IMG/VR virus record: IMGVR_UViG_3300010352_001202 | From: a virus | Lineage: Duplodnaviria; Caudoviricetes | Length of the DNA: 64,000 nt | Direction: 5' to 3' (one strand) | Shown: positions 48,621-57,217 of the stretch, piece by piece | Numbering within the stretch: position 1 is the stretch's first letter | Layout of the letters: the number at the start of each line of letters is the position of its first letter | Notes under the pieces: model-generated | The model's input: only the letters and a program-made list of their open reading frames with translations | Databases searched by the model: none | What the model was told of the DNA's origin: nothing | Program-made: the position numbers and the translations under genes

Positions 48621-49372
48621 TGTCAGACGTTTTAGGTTCACTATCATTTCTAGATACACCAGATGTTAATGGTGTATTAGTTCTTACGGCTACTTCGGGC
48701 GTAAATTCTGTTTCTGGTACTGCAAATCAGATTGCGGTTACCGGTTCATTACCTTCGTATACTGTAGGGCTTGCGAGCGATCCAATTGTTCCGGGCCTAC
48801 AAAGAATGAGGCTCCCTTTAGGGGCAACAGCAGATCGTCCAACCGGTGGTGCAGGAGATATTCGCTACAATACAACATTAGGTTATATAGAAAACTATGT
48901 GGGTGCTTCTTGGTTACCTATGGGTCGTGTTTTACAAAAGGTTACAGGAACTATTCCTGCTGTAAATACTACGGCAGTTATTCCTAACGATAATACCGTA
49001 CCTACAAACACAGAAGGTGTTCAAATTTTTACAAATACATTTACACCATTATCTGCGACATCAACTGTTATTGTTTCCTACAGTGTTAGTGTCGGGGCAA
49101 GTTCTAATAACATTTCTGTAGCTACGTGTGTTTTCTCTGGGGCAACTAATCAAGGCGCCGCCGTTTCTCGCTGTGCTACAAGTACCGGCACAACAGGTGT
49201 TCTATATCCACTACCAATCACAGTTGCCTGGCAACCGGGTTCAACCGCTTCGATTACAATTTCGGCAAGAGTCGGACCTATGGCAGCATCTACATGTTAT
49301 GTTAATTCTCATGCTACAGCTTTCTTTGGTGGTGCTCTAGTTACCGATTACACAATTACAGAGGTTATCTAA
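48620..49372 (+). CDS. Short fibre/virion protein
   Basis: SVSGTANQIAV shaft module, LPLGATADRP...GDIRYNT motif, C-terminal beta-sandwich (GRVLQKV...FTPLSATSTVIV...TITEVI). Confidence 0.65.
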   Translation: MSDVLGSLSFLDTPDVNGVLVLTATSGVNSVSGTANQIAVTGSLPSYTVGLASDPIVPGLQRMRLPLGATADRPTGGAGDIRYNTTLGYIENYVGASWLPMGRVLQKVTGTIPAVNTTAVIPNDNTVPTNTEGVQIFTNTFTPLSATSTVIVSYSVSVGASSNNISVATCVFSGATNQGAAVSRCATSTGTTGVLYPLPITVAWQPGSTASITISARVGPMAASTCYVNSHATAFFGGALVTDYTITEVI

Positions 49373-49884
49373 TGTCACAGAAATATACATACATGGAAAT
49401 CATCGGGAGATTTTATCCTGATGTCGGCTGCCATTTAGAGGGCGAAGATAATGTGTATGAGGATATAGTCTATGACTATGGCAGTTCTATTCCTGCAAAA
49501 TTAGAACTTGAAACAAAGATGCTTGAGGCATTAAGGTCTGATTTGTGGGAAAATATCAAGGTAGAGCGCGAAAGGCGCAAAGATACGGGTGGTTATAAGG
49601 TGGGCAACTATTGGTATCATTCCGATACAACATCTCGTATTCAACAGGTTGCCCTTGTTATGCTCGGTGCCAACATGCCGAGTAATATTCTTTGGAAAAC
49701 AATGTCTGGTGCCTTCGTACCAATGACACCCACACTTGCTGCTCAAATTTTCCAAGCAGCTATGGTATCTGATACAATTATTTTTGCGACAGCAGAACAG
49801 AAACGAGCAGCCATGTTGGCAAGTGCTGACCCTGCTAACTACGATTATCTCTCAGGATGGCCTAAAATATACGGCGAGGAGTAG
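49372..49884 (+). CDS. Tail fibre assembly protein (DUF4376-like)
   Basis: IKVERERRK..GGYKVG.YWYHSD..SR...ILWKTMSGAFVPMT...GWP pattern; follows fibre genes. Confidence 0.65.
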   Translation: MSQKYTYMEIIGRFYPDVGCHLEGEDNVYEDIVYDYGSSIPAKLELETKMLEALRSDLWENIKVERERRKDTGGYKVGNYWYHSDTTSRIQQVALVMLGANMPSNILWKTMSGAFVPMTPTLAAQIFQAAMVSDTIIFATAEQKRAAMLASADPANYDYLSGWPKIYGEE

Positions 49885-49885
49885 T

Positions 49886-50506
49886 ATGAAAAAACTTTGG
49901 ACTTCATTTGTGGATTGGGTTGTAATTACAATTGGAAAGATACATTGGGGTTACAAAGATGGGTTAACGGTAAAGGAACTTTCAGAGGTTCGAAATTTAT
50001 TAATCCCGAATTACTATATCATCCTTACTCATAGAAAAAATCATTTATCGACTTTCTTTGTTGGTCTGGCAAGCTGGGTTCTTACCGGAAAATGGAGCTA
50101 TTGGGCTCATGCTTTAATGAACCTTGAAGATGAAGTTAAGTCAGACAACGATTTTCGATTGATTGAAGCAACAGGTAATGGCACACATTATTCACCGTTT
50201 GATCTGGTGTTTCGAGTCCACGGTGTTGTTCTTCTAAAGCCTAAGAATATGTCAGCAGAACATTGGACTAAGGTAATGGATAAGGCCAATACAGAATTGG
50301 GTAAGCCTTACGATTCGTTATTTGACCTAAGAAATGATCAGCGTTTGAGTTGTGTTGAATTAGTCAGATCAGCATTAATGGCAGAACCTGACTACGAAAA
50401 GAATTTTGCTAATTTCGAAGCAATGATAAAGTCAAGAAAAAATCTAACACCGGAAATGTTTTATGAGTGTGACGATTTTGAAATTGTATACGAGGTAAGA
50501 CACTGA
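49886..50506 (+). CDS. Permuted papain-like (NlpC/P60, YiiX/YaeF-type) amidase/peptidase
   Basis: His before Cys: WSYWAHA...LIEA...GKPYD..FD...LSCVELV. Start moved to ATG 49886 after GAGGAG. Confidence 0.75.
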   Translation: MKKLWTSFVDWVVITIGKIHWGYKDGLTVKELSEVRNLLIPNYYIILTHRKNHLSTFFVGLASWVLTGKWSYWAHALMNLEDEVKSDNDFRLIEATGNGTHYSPFDLVFRVHGVVLLKPKNMSAEHWTKVMDKANTELGKPYDSLFDLRNDQRLSCVELVRSALMAEPDYEKNFANFEAMIKSRKNLTPEMFYECDDFEIVYEVRH

Positions 50507-50507
50507 T

Positions 50508-51053
50508 ATGGCAGCAATTAATTATGTTTCAGCCGCAGCAATGATGGATCCAAATGTTAGTTTCAGTTCATATGCCGATCCTACTGATTACGATTCTTTA
50601 GTATGGAACACTACTCAGATTCCAGAAATAGATTTAGAAAATCATTGGGTAATGTGTGAAAAGAAAAGGATTATAGATAAACTAACAGACGATATGATTG
50701 TAGCGGTGCAGGCAGGATTTACGTCCGATGTATTAGTTCCGGGAACATTCAGAAAATATGATACAAGTATACAAGGTCAAATAGGTATAATTGGCGCATA
50801 CATATACTCGATGAAAGGTATAGTTCATCCTACAGGTCGTACATTTAACCTTGCAAGCTATGATTTAGTATACGGATTGATAAGTGTAGACCAATATACA
50901 GCGAACCAACTTTCTACGTTACTCGATGTTTTTGCTACTTTTTCAGAAGGGTTGATGCAAAAACTTACTGATAAGATTATCCAAGTTCTTGCAATAAATG
51001 AAACAAATCCGCACGATTCGTTGGATTTGATTTATGCTGTTACCTGGAATTAA
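50508..51053 (+). CDS. Putative second fibre assembly/chaperone protein
   Basis: Similar size and layout to 49372-49884 (YDSLVW N-terminal segment, GFTSD...YDT...Q, terminal VTW). Confidence 0.5.
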   Translation: MAAINYVSAAAMMDPNVSFSSYADPTDYDSLVWNTTQIPEIDLENHWVMCEKKRIIDKLTDDMIVAVQAGFTSDVLVPGTFRKYDTSIQGQIGIIGAYIYSMKGIVHPTGRTFNLASYDLVYGLISVDQYTANQLSTLLDVFATFSEGLMQKLTDKIIQVLAINETNPHDSLDLIYAVTWN

Positions 51054-51490
51054 TGCTGACTTAAGATAATATTTAGTTTGTCAATTGCCTTTGCATTACA
51101 GAAACTAATCTTAGCTCCTTGATGCATAGGCTTAGGCCATTGTCCCAAATCAATCCAACAATATCCACAGCTCTCGACATTGAGTTCGGGAACAAACTCT
51201 TCCTCGACAATACACACAAAGCTATAATATTTGAAATGTTTATCTTTACTTTGATAGACATCAAACGGATATATCTTTTCAATATCCGGTATAAACCCCA
51301 TTTCTTCTGTAAGTTCGCGAAGTAATGCTTCTTTGGGTTGTTCACCATCTTCCATCATTCCACCCCACAAAGACCAACACATTGAATGTGTTTTATGTGG
51401 TGCTCTGAGGTTTAGAAGAACTCTCTTAGTTTTGGTAGAAACAAATATTGTTCCTACACCGGTTTTGTTTTGAATGATGTTTGTGTCCAT
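51050..51490 (-). CDS. Nudix hydrolase
   Basis: Nudix box GMMEDGEQPKEALLRELTEEMGF (G-x5-E-x7-REUXEEXGU). Confidence 0.92.
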   Translation of the reverse strand: MDTNIIQNKTGVGTIFVSTKTKRVLLNLRAPHKTHSMCWSLWGGMMEDGEQPKEALLRELTEEMGFIPDIEKIYPFDVYQSKDKHFKYYSFVCIVEEEFVPELNVESCGYCWIDLGQWPKPMHQGAKISFCNAKAIDKLNIILSQH

Positions 51491-51504
51491 AAATACTACT
51501 TATG
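51488..51504. promoter_or_regulatory. 17-bp bidirectional late-type promoter element CATAAATACTACTTATG
   Basis: + strand CATAAATA-N6-ATG (HNH); - strand CATAAGTA-N6-ATG (Nudix). Confidence 0.6.
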
Positions 51505-52074
51505 AACTATAGTGAACACTACAATCGCCTAATAGATAGAGCCAAAGTAAGGACTATTTTGCCCGACACCTATATTGAAATACATCATATTGTTCCTAAA
51601 TGTATGGGCGGAAATGATGATTCTGATAATCTCGTGAAGCTATTACCGGAAGAACATTTCGTAGCACATCAGTTACTGGTAAAGATATATCCAACAAATC
51701 CTAAGTTGGTATTTGCGGCAAAAATGATGTCGGTAAATAATTCTACCCAATGCAGGAATAATAAATTATACAAGTGGATAAGATTACGATTATCTTCTGT
51801 TATGTCAGCAATGGTTCGTACCGAAGAACATAAAAAGAACATATCTTTGTCCATGATAGGTAAATCATATACGAAAGGTATTCCGAAAACTGATTTACAT
51901 AAATTAAATATGTCAATAGCAAAGAAAAATAAACCTAAGAATAAAGAACACCGTAATAAACTATCTAGTATTCTAATGGAATTGCCTCCACTGGAATGCC
52001 CACATTGTGGCATTAAGGGTAAAAACGGCCCAATGCGTCGATGGCATTTCGATAATTGTAAGAATTACTCGTAA
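51502..52074 (+). mobile_element. Free-standing HNH homing endonuclease with C-terminal CPHC zinc motif
   Basis: YIEIHHIVPKCMGGNDDSDNLVKLLPEEHFVAHQLLVKIYP; RTEEHKKNIS repeats; CPHCG...RWHFDNC. Confidence 0.85.
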
Positions 52075-53510
52075 TTGTTTATTGTCAATCCATCTGGCGC
52101 CTGAATAATATTGTCCACACGCCAGTAACCAGGAGCATATACACCATAATAGGTATATGTCCAATCTACACCATCAAAGGTGTATTGAGAACTATTAGAG
52201 TTGTTAACGACATAATTCTTACCTACAGCATTTCGTGAATCAAAAATTACTACCCAATCGATGCCGTTGAATTCGATAACATCGTTTGGATATGCAACCA
52301 CTGTATCGCCCCATGGGCTGGTAGGCACACCCGGCGGAATTGCAGGTTCTTCTCCTGCACTGTCATGTGATGTGAGCAAATATCGTTGGCCCGGCATAGC
52401 CACAGGTAAAACATTTCCAGGCCAAACTTCCTTGGGATCGATAATTGCTGCAATAGGCATTATTGTAGTTGGCGGAAGAGTATCAATATCGGGCGAGAAT
52501 AAAAGCACATTTTGCCTTGTCGGGTCTTGCTCAATATAGCCTATGATGTCAGAGTCTGTGACATCAATGTTAGGGTCTAGTTTTAGCCGAATACTGGTGA
52601 TATTAGGCGATATTTGCCCGTACTTTTGAAACAAGCTTTCCCAGCTAAGTGCCGGATCTACCTGTCCAAACTCATTTAGTAATGTAATTTCGTCACCACT
52701 GATTGCGCGTGCAACAGATATACGATAGTTACCCACGGTGGTAATAATCTGTATAGGTATACCATTGAAGCAATTTCTGAAATAGTCCTCTCTGTTTTGC
52801 AAACTTAGTTCAACTTCGTTTACATCAGCAACATTGAATACATTAGTAACAATTTCTGCAATGAGCCCGCTTCTCTTGAGTTTAGCAGGTGGATTGATCC
52901 AACCCTCTACCTTGAACTTGAAACTCATTACATCTCTTTCGTCGCCAGTAACAGTACCAATACTGCGATTAGACCATGTAAAATCTTCCATCCATACTTC
53001 AAAGATACTTGTCCAGTCTAGAATATTGCTATTCTGCTGTAGTTGAACTGATTTATTGAATATAACTGCAATCTGCTCGAAAATCTGTAGCTTGGTAGTT
53101 GTATTAGTTGTCCAAACATCAAGCTTGAAAGTAATATCGTAGGGTACAGGCATATATCTTTCAACATCTTGCCTTACACCGGGCCCCGAACCGTAAGATT
53201 GAGTTTCCTTATTGAACTCTCTTTCCACGGTGGAAACCTTCCCGACATATTGGGAATCTTGCCTACGCTTATCGTTCATTTTTATGCTATCAATATAAGC
53301 ACTAAAAATCGGTGATGGAATCATTGTATTTTCGCTTGCACCCTTAATGAGTTGTGCAACCATCCAAGATGGGTCTCCATACATAATTGGTATTCTTTGG
53401 ATTGTATAAAGTCCATTGGCATCTGGACCGTTTCTGACTTTGATATCAGAAAAGATTCGCATAAATTGTATTAGGTATCTGCGTACCTGACCGTCATAAA
53501 AAAAGTCGAT
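52065..53510 (-). CDS. gp15: Tail terminator/sheath stabiliser, T4 gp15-like, with C-terminal extension; probable ATC start
   Basis: RIPIMYGD and MPVPYDITFKLDVWT...LQIFEQI motifs; the family-like N-terminus DFFYDGQVRRYLIQF lies upstream of the first ATG (53462), starting at ATC 53510 with SD AGAGG. Confidence 0.72.
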   Translation of the reverse strand: MDFFYDGQVRRYLIQFMRIFSDIKVRNGPDANGLYTIQRIPIMYGDPSWMVAQLIKGASENTMIPSPIFSAYIDSIKMNDKRRQDSQYVGKVSTVEREFNKETQSYGSGPGVRQDVERYMPVPYDITFKLDVWTTNTTTKLQIFEQIAVIFNKSVQLQQNSNILDWTSIFEVWMEDFTWSNRSIGTVTGDERDVMSFKFKVEGWINPPAKLKRSGLIAEIVTNVFNVADVNEVELSLQNREDYFRNCFNGIPIQIITTVGNYRISVARAISGDEITLLNEFGQVDPALSWESLFQKYGQISPNITSIRLKLDPNIDVTDSDIIGYIEQDPTRQNVLLFSPDIDTLPPTTIMPIAAIIDPKEVWPGNVLPVAMPGQRYLLTSHDSAGEEPAIPPGVPTSPWGDTVVAYPNDVIEFNGIDWVVIFDSRNAVGKNYVVNNSNSSQYTFDGVDWTYTYYGVYAPGYWRVDNIIQAPDGLTINNYE

Positions 53511-53528
53511 TTTGGATGCCTCTTTGTG

Positions 53529-54824
53529 TTATCCAGGTAAGCCGGAACCAGTGCCCGGACTTCCTGTGTTAGAACTATTGCCACGAAGTGCAGCACGCTC
53601 ATCGGCAATAGCAGAACGAGCAGCCTCAGATGCAGTGACCTTTGTTTTTCTTTCTGCGTATAAGTCAACCTTCTGTTTGACAACTTGCGACAATGCTTGT
53701 TTTTCTGGAATAATAGTTCCATCAGAAAGAACAGTATCGACATTGTTATCAATGAATGTATCCAATACACGGTTGTATGCAGTCCAGGCTTTCAACACAT
53801 CTACCTCTATAAGTTTGAAGCAAGTACCTTGCTTCTGAAATAATCTTTCAGGATAATAATCTATTCTTAGATAGTATTGTCCATCTGTCATGCCCGGTGG
53901 AAATGTTACACCTGCACCTACTAAAGGTCCAGAAGGTACTAAATTCTGTTGATTATCTGTTGATAAATTAGGAGGCGCACCGTCGCCGCTAAAGTAGTTA
54001 CTTCCGATTACTGGATAACCCTTTTCATCTAGATAAATGTATAGGTTGGCACTTTCGAAAAACTTAGGATCGAAGAATGCATTTTGTTCAGCCTCGGCAA
54101 CAATTTCGTCTGTAATTTTGATAATCTTACAGAATAGGTCTAGTGAATTCTTAATGTTCGGGTTACATCCTAGTCCGGGGTTGCCTTGTGCATCTGCTGT
54201 ATCGGTAAATCCTTCCGGCATTACTCCGATACCCTGTCCTACACCACCTGCTGTCTGCCCCGTTGAAGCTTGATCGATAATCTGCGTAAACTCAGTAGAA
54301 GCAGTCATTTGCTTTGCCCTGATTAGCCAAATGTGAGGAAACCATTTCTGGCCATAACCACCTGCAGCATATAGAGCATCTAGCACAACATAATATTTAT
54401 TGATACCTACGGCATTGTCGAAAATAGGTATATCGCGCATACTAGGAAATTCTAATACATCACCGGCAATAAGTTTTCTACCTAAGGCGTCGACCATATC
54501 ATTGTAGTGAAACTGAATGCGGATAGTATCAGAACTAAGAAAAATACCAAACTGGGATAAGTCATAGTTAACATCTTGCGGAACATGGTGCCCTCTAAGT
54601 TCGATCACATCTGGATTATATTTTCGATTGTTATTGGTAAGGAACAATACATCTTGAATAGTTGTAAGCGATGTATCTGTATTACCCTGCGAATCGGTAG
54701 TAGGACCTTCATACATATGTACAAGAACACCGTCCCCAGCAATCCTAAAATTTTCACCAATGGTACGATCGACGAAATTATAATCGTCTCCACGGACAGG
54801 ATTCCAGAGACTTATGCGTGGCAT
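53529..54824 (-). CDS. gp14: Neck/head-completion protein, gp14-like
   Basis: [13 protein letters not shown]...AGDVLEFP motif; upstream of the gp15-like gene; start moved to ATG 54824 (MPRISLW) after AGGAG. Confidence 0.62.
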   Translation of the reverse strand: MPRISLWNPVRGDDYNFVDRTIGENFRIAGDGVLVHMYEGPTTDSQGNTDTSLTTIQDVLFLTNNNRKYNPDVIELRGHHVPQDVNYDLSQFGIFLSSDTIRIQFHYNDMVDALGRKLIAGDVLEFPSMRDIPIFDNAVGINKYYVVLDALYAAGGYGQKWFPHIWLIRAKQMTASTEFTQIIDQASTGQTAGGVGQGIGVMPEGFTDTADAQGNPGLGCNPNIKNSLDLFCKIIKITDEIVAEAEQNAFFDPKFFESANLYIYLDEKGYPVIGSNYFSGDGAPPNLSTDNQQNLVPSGPLVGAGVTFPPGMTDGQYYLRIDYYPERLFQKQGTCFKLIEVDVLKAWTAYNRVLDTFIDNNVDTVLSDGTIIPEKQALSQVVKQKVDLYAERKTKVTASEAARSAIADERAALRGNSSNTGSPGTGSGLPG

Positions 54825-55417
54825 TTTGCATCTCCTACAATTTTGTAATCGGGAAATCCCGCCGATCTGCACCTATATCTTACTGTTTCGTTTTGAATGC
54901 CGAGCATTTTTGATGCCTCTGTAATTGAGTTATATCTGATACCATAGATCTCAACGATCAGTCTGATCTTCTGGGTCATCGCAGCAAGATTATTCAACTC
55001 ACCAATAGTTCTATTTCTATTGCTTAGTTCCGGCCTCTTTTTTCCGATTCGGGCAATACTCATTTTTATGCGTGTATCTTCTTTCAATATTTTTCCTGTA
55101 TTGAGCTTAGATAAGTGTAGTTTCTTGTATTCGTCCATTAACGGGCTATCGCCACCCTCGGTTTTATTTAAAAGAATACCGGTACCTAAATCTTTTCTTC
55201 CCCACCATCTAATATATCTTCTTTCCAGTGCCAGCGCGCCTACCTCTGTGAGTGCGGTTTCGAGAAATATAATTCTTGATTTATCGGGAATAGCAAATGT
55301 GTGTTTCGAAAATGCCCTATTACCGGTTCCTTTGCCGATATAGTAGGGTGTACCTGCGCGAGCAGTTCTGCTATCTTTATCTCTTATATATGCATAGACA
55401 TAAAACCTATTTAACAT
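54812..55417 (-). mobile_element. Free-standing GIY-YIG homing endonuclease
   Basis: FYVYAY...PYYIGKG.G.R...E...LLNKTEGGD; NUMOD-like tail (EDTRIKMS; [13 protein letters not shown]); GATAAATA at 55444-55437. Confidence 0.85.
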
Positions 55418-55545
55418 ACCGCGCCCTCGTTTTTAGTATTTATCACTAAGATGGTATTGAATTATTTTGTGATGATGATAAATACATTCGAGCACAGACT
55501 AATACTAAACTATTAGACAGGTAAATAGCCTGAACAGGAGAGCTT

Positions 55546-56385
55546 ATGTCAGTAACAATTAATGCTAAAGGTACTAGCACATCTTCCTTTAAGATTGGCA
55601 AAAACGGTACCGTAATCGATCAGAATGCAATTATTACCCCACCTGCCGCAACTGATGTCACTTTTGATATCGACTCCGGGCAATTTATGGTGGTTAACGG
55701 TGCCTCCGGTTCTGCATTAATCACAACCTCTTCTTCACAAGATCTTCACATTAATCCTGCTGTCGGTGGCGGTCAATACCTTGTATTGAATGCAAATCGC
55801 TGGCCCGCAGCGGATGGCACAACAGGGCAGATTCTAGTTACCAACGGGTCTGGTGTACTTTCCTGGTCAACTGTTTCCGGTTCTGGTACAGTAACATCTG
55901 TCGGAGTGTCGACATCGGGTGTTGGCATTTCTGTTAGCGGTTCTCCTGTCACCACCAGCGGCACCATTACTCTTACTTCAAACGCAACATCTTCAAATAC
56001 AGCATCGACTATTGTTGCAAGAGATGCATCTGGCAACTTTACGGCAGGTACCATTACCGCAACATTGTTTAATGCCACTTCCACAAAGAAAGTTAAGAAG
56101 TCTATTAAAAACTTAAATAAGACATATCTAGCAAACTTCGGCAAACTAAAACCACGAGAGTACGATAGAAAAGATTATGTATCTCATGAGTTTGGTTTTA
56201 TTGCAGAAGAAATGGCATTGGTATATCCAGAGATTGTCGGATTAGATTCTCTAGGTAAACCAAACGGTATTGATTACGGAAAGCTTACAACAATCCTAAC
56301 AGCAAAAGTTCAGGAACAACAGAAAACTATTGATAGTCTGCAAACGCAGGTTACTGAGATTAGAGCACTATTAGGCAAGAAATAA
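55546..56385 (+). CDS. Short fibre/spike protein with C-terminal intramolecular chaperone (peptidase S74-like)
   Basis: ATSTKKVKKSIKNL (S-x4-K), GFIAEE, GIDYGKL and a terminal coiled coil; GATAAATA 55477-55484. Confidence 0.75.
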   Translation: MSVTINAKGTSTSSFKIGKNGTVIDQNAIITPPAATDVTFDIDSGQFMVVNGASGSALITTSSSQDLHINPAVGGGQYLVLNANRWPAADGTTGQILVTNGSGVLSWSTVSGSGTVTSVGVSTSGVGISVSGSPVTTSGTITLTSNATSSNTASTIVARDASGNFTAGTITATLFNATSTKKVKKSIKNLNKTYLANFGKLKPREYDRKDYVSHEFGFIAEEMALVYPEIVGLDSLGKPNGIDYGKLTTILTAKVQEQQKTIDSLQTQVTEIRALLGKK

Positions 56386-57177
56386 ATGGCAGCAAATATA
56401 CTAGCAAGCGGAATTGATTTAGATTCTGTATTTGCACAGCATGTTTCTGCAGACGCTGCGCATTTAACAGGATATCAAATCTCCGGTGCCGATATTTACA
56501 ACAGGTATGATCCTTTATCATCGCCTGCACAGGTAAATCTCGGTTCTAGAATTCCGGCTATTAGTATTCATACTTCGTCATCGGGGTGGTCTTCTGGTAC
56601 CGATCTTGCTTCTATATTCTGCGGGCATCCAAGTAGATATTCGTTAACAACACCGTCAGGCGGCAGCAAGAATTCTGGCGGCGGATGGACCTCTCCAAAG
56701 ACATGGACACATACCCTTACGGCAACCTTTGCTAGTGCATCTGCACTAACTGATTATTTCTACTATGGCGGTAGAATACAAATTTCAGGAAATCAGGGTT
56801 CTGGTACAATTGCTGACGCAGCCTTAGCGAATATGTTTGTTGATATGGGTACAATTATTATTTACGATCAGGGACATTATCAGACTGGTGCAGGTGGTAC
56901 ACTAACAAATTCGGGAACAGGTGGTGCCAATATAGGAACCACACCTGTAGCGTTATATAACACAACCGATGGTTCGCCTTACTTGGGTAGCACATACTCG
57001 ATTAGTATGGTAGCAAATGCAGCCGCAGGATCCGCAACAGTAATAACAATTACGACAATACTAGATATTATTACTGCCGGAGTTACAGATACATATTCGG
57101 GAACATATACATCGAATATACAACAAAGAAATTACCCTACTATGGCAGTGCCGACTTTCGGCGGATCTATGGTATGA
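56386..57177 (+). CDS. Virion structural protein, function unknown
   Basis: S/T/G-rich; SG(I/T/A)D(L/I) motif three times in the N-terminal part; coupled to the upstream fibre gene. Confidence 0.6.
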   Translation: MAANILASGIDLDSVFAQHVSADAAHLTGYQISGADIYNRYDPLSSPAQVNLGSRIPAISIHTSSSGWSSGTDLASIFCGHPSRYSLTTPSGGSKNSGGGWTSPKTWTHTLTATFASASALTDYFYYGGRIQISGNQGSGTIADAALANMFVDMGTIIIYDQGHYQTGAGGTLTNSGTGGANIGTTPVALYNTTDGSPYLGSTYSISMVANAAAGSATVITITTILDIITAGVTDTYSGTYTSNIQQRNYPTMAVPTFGGSMV

Positions 57178-57217
57178 TATATAGATGATAAATATAGAAC
57201 TTAGGTAGGATTAGATT

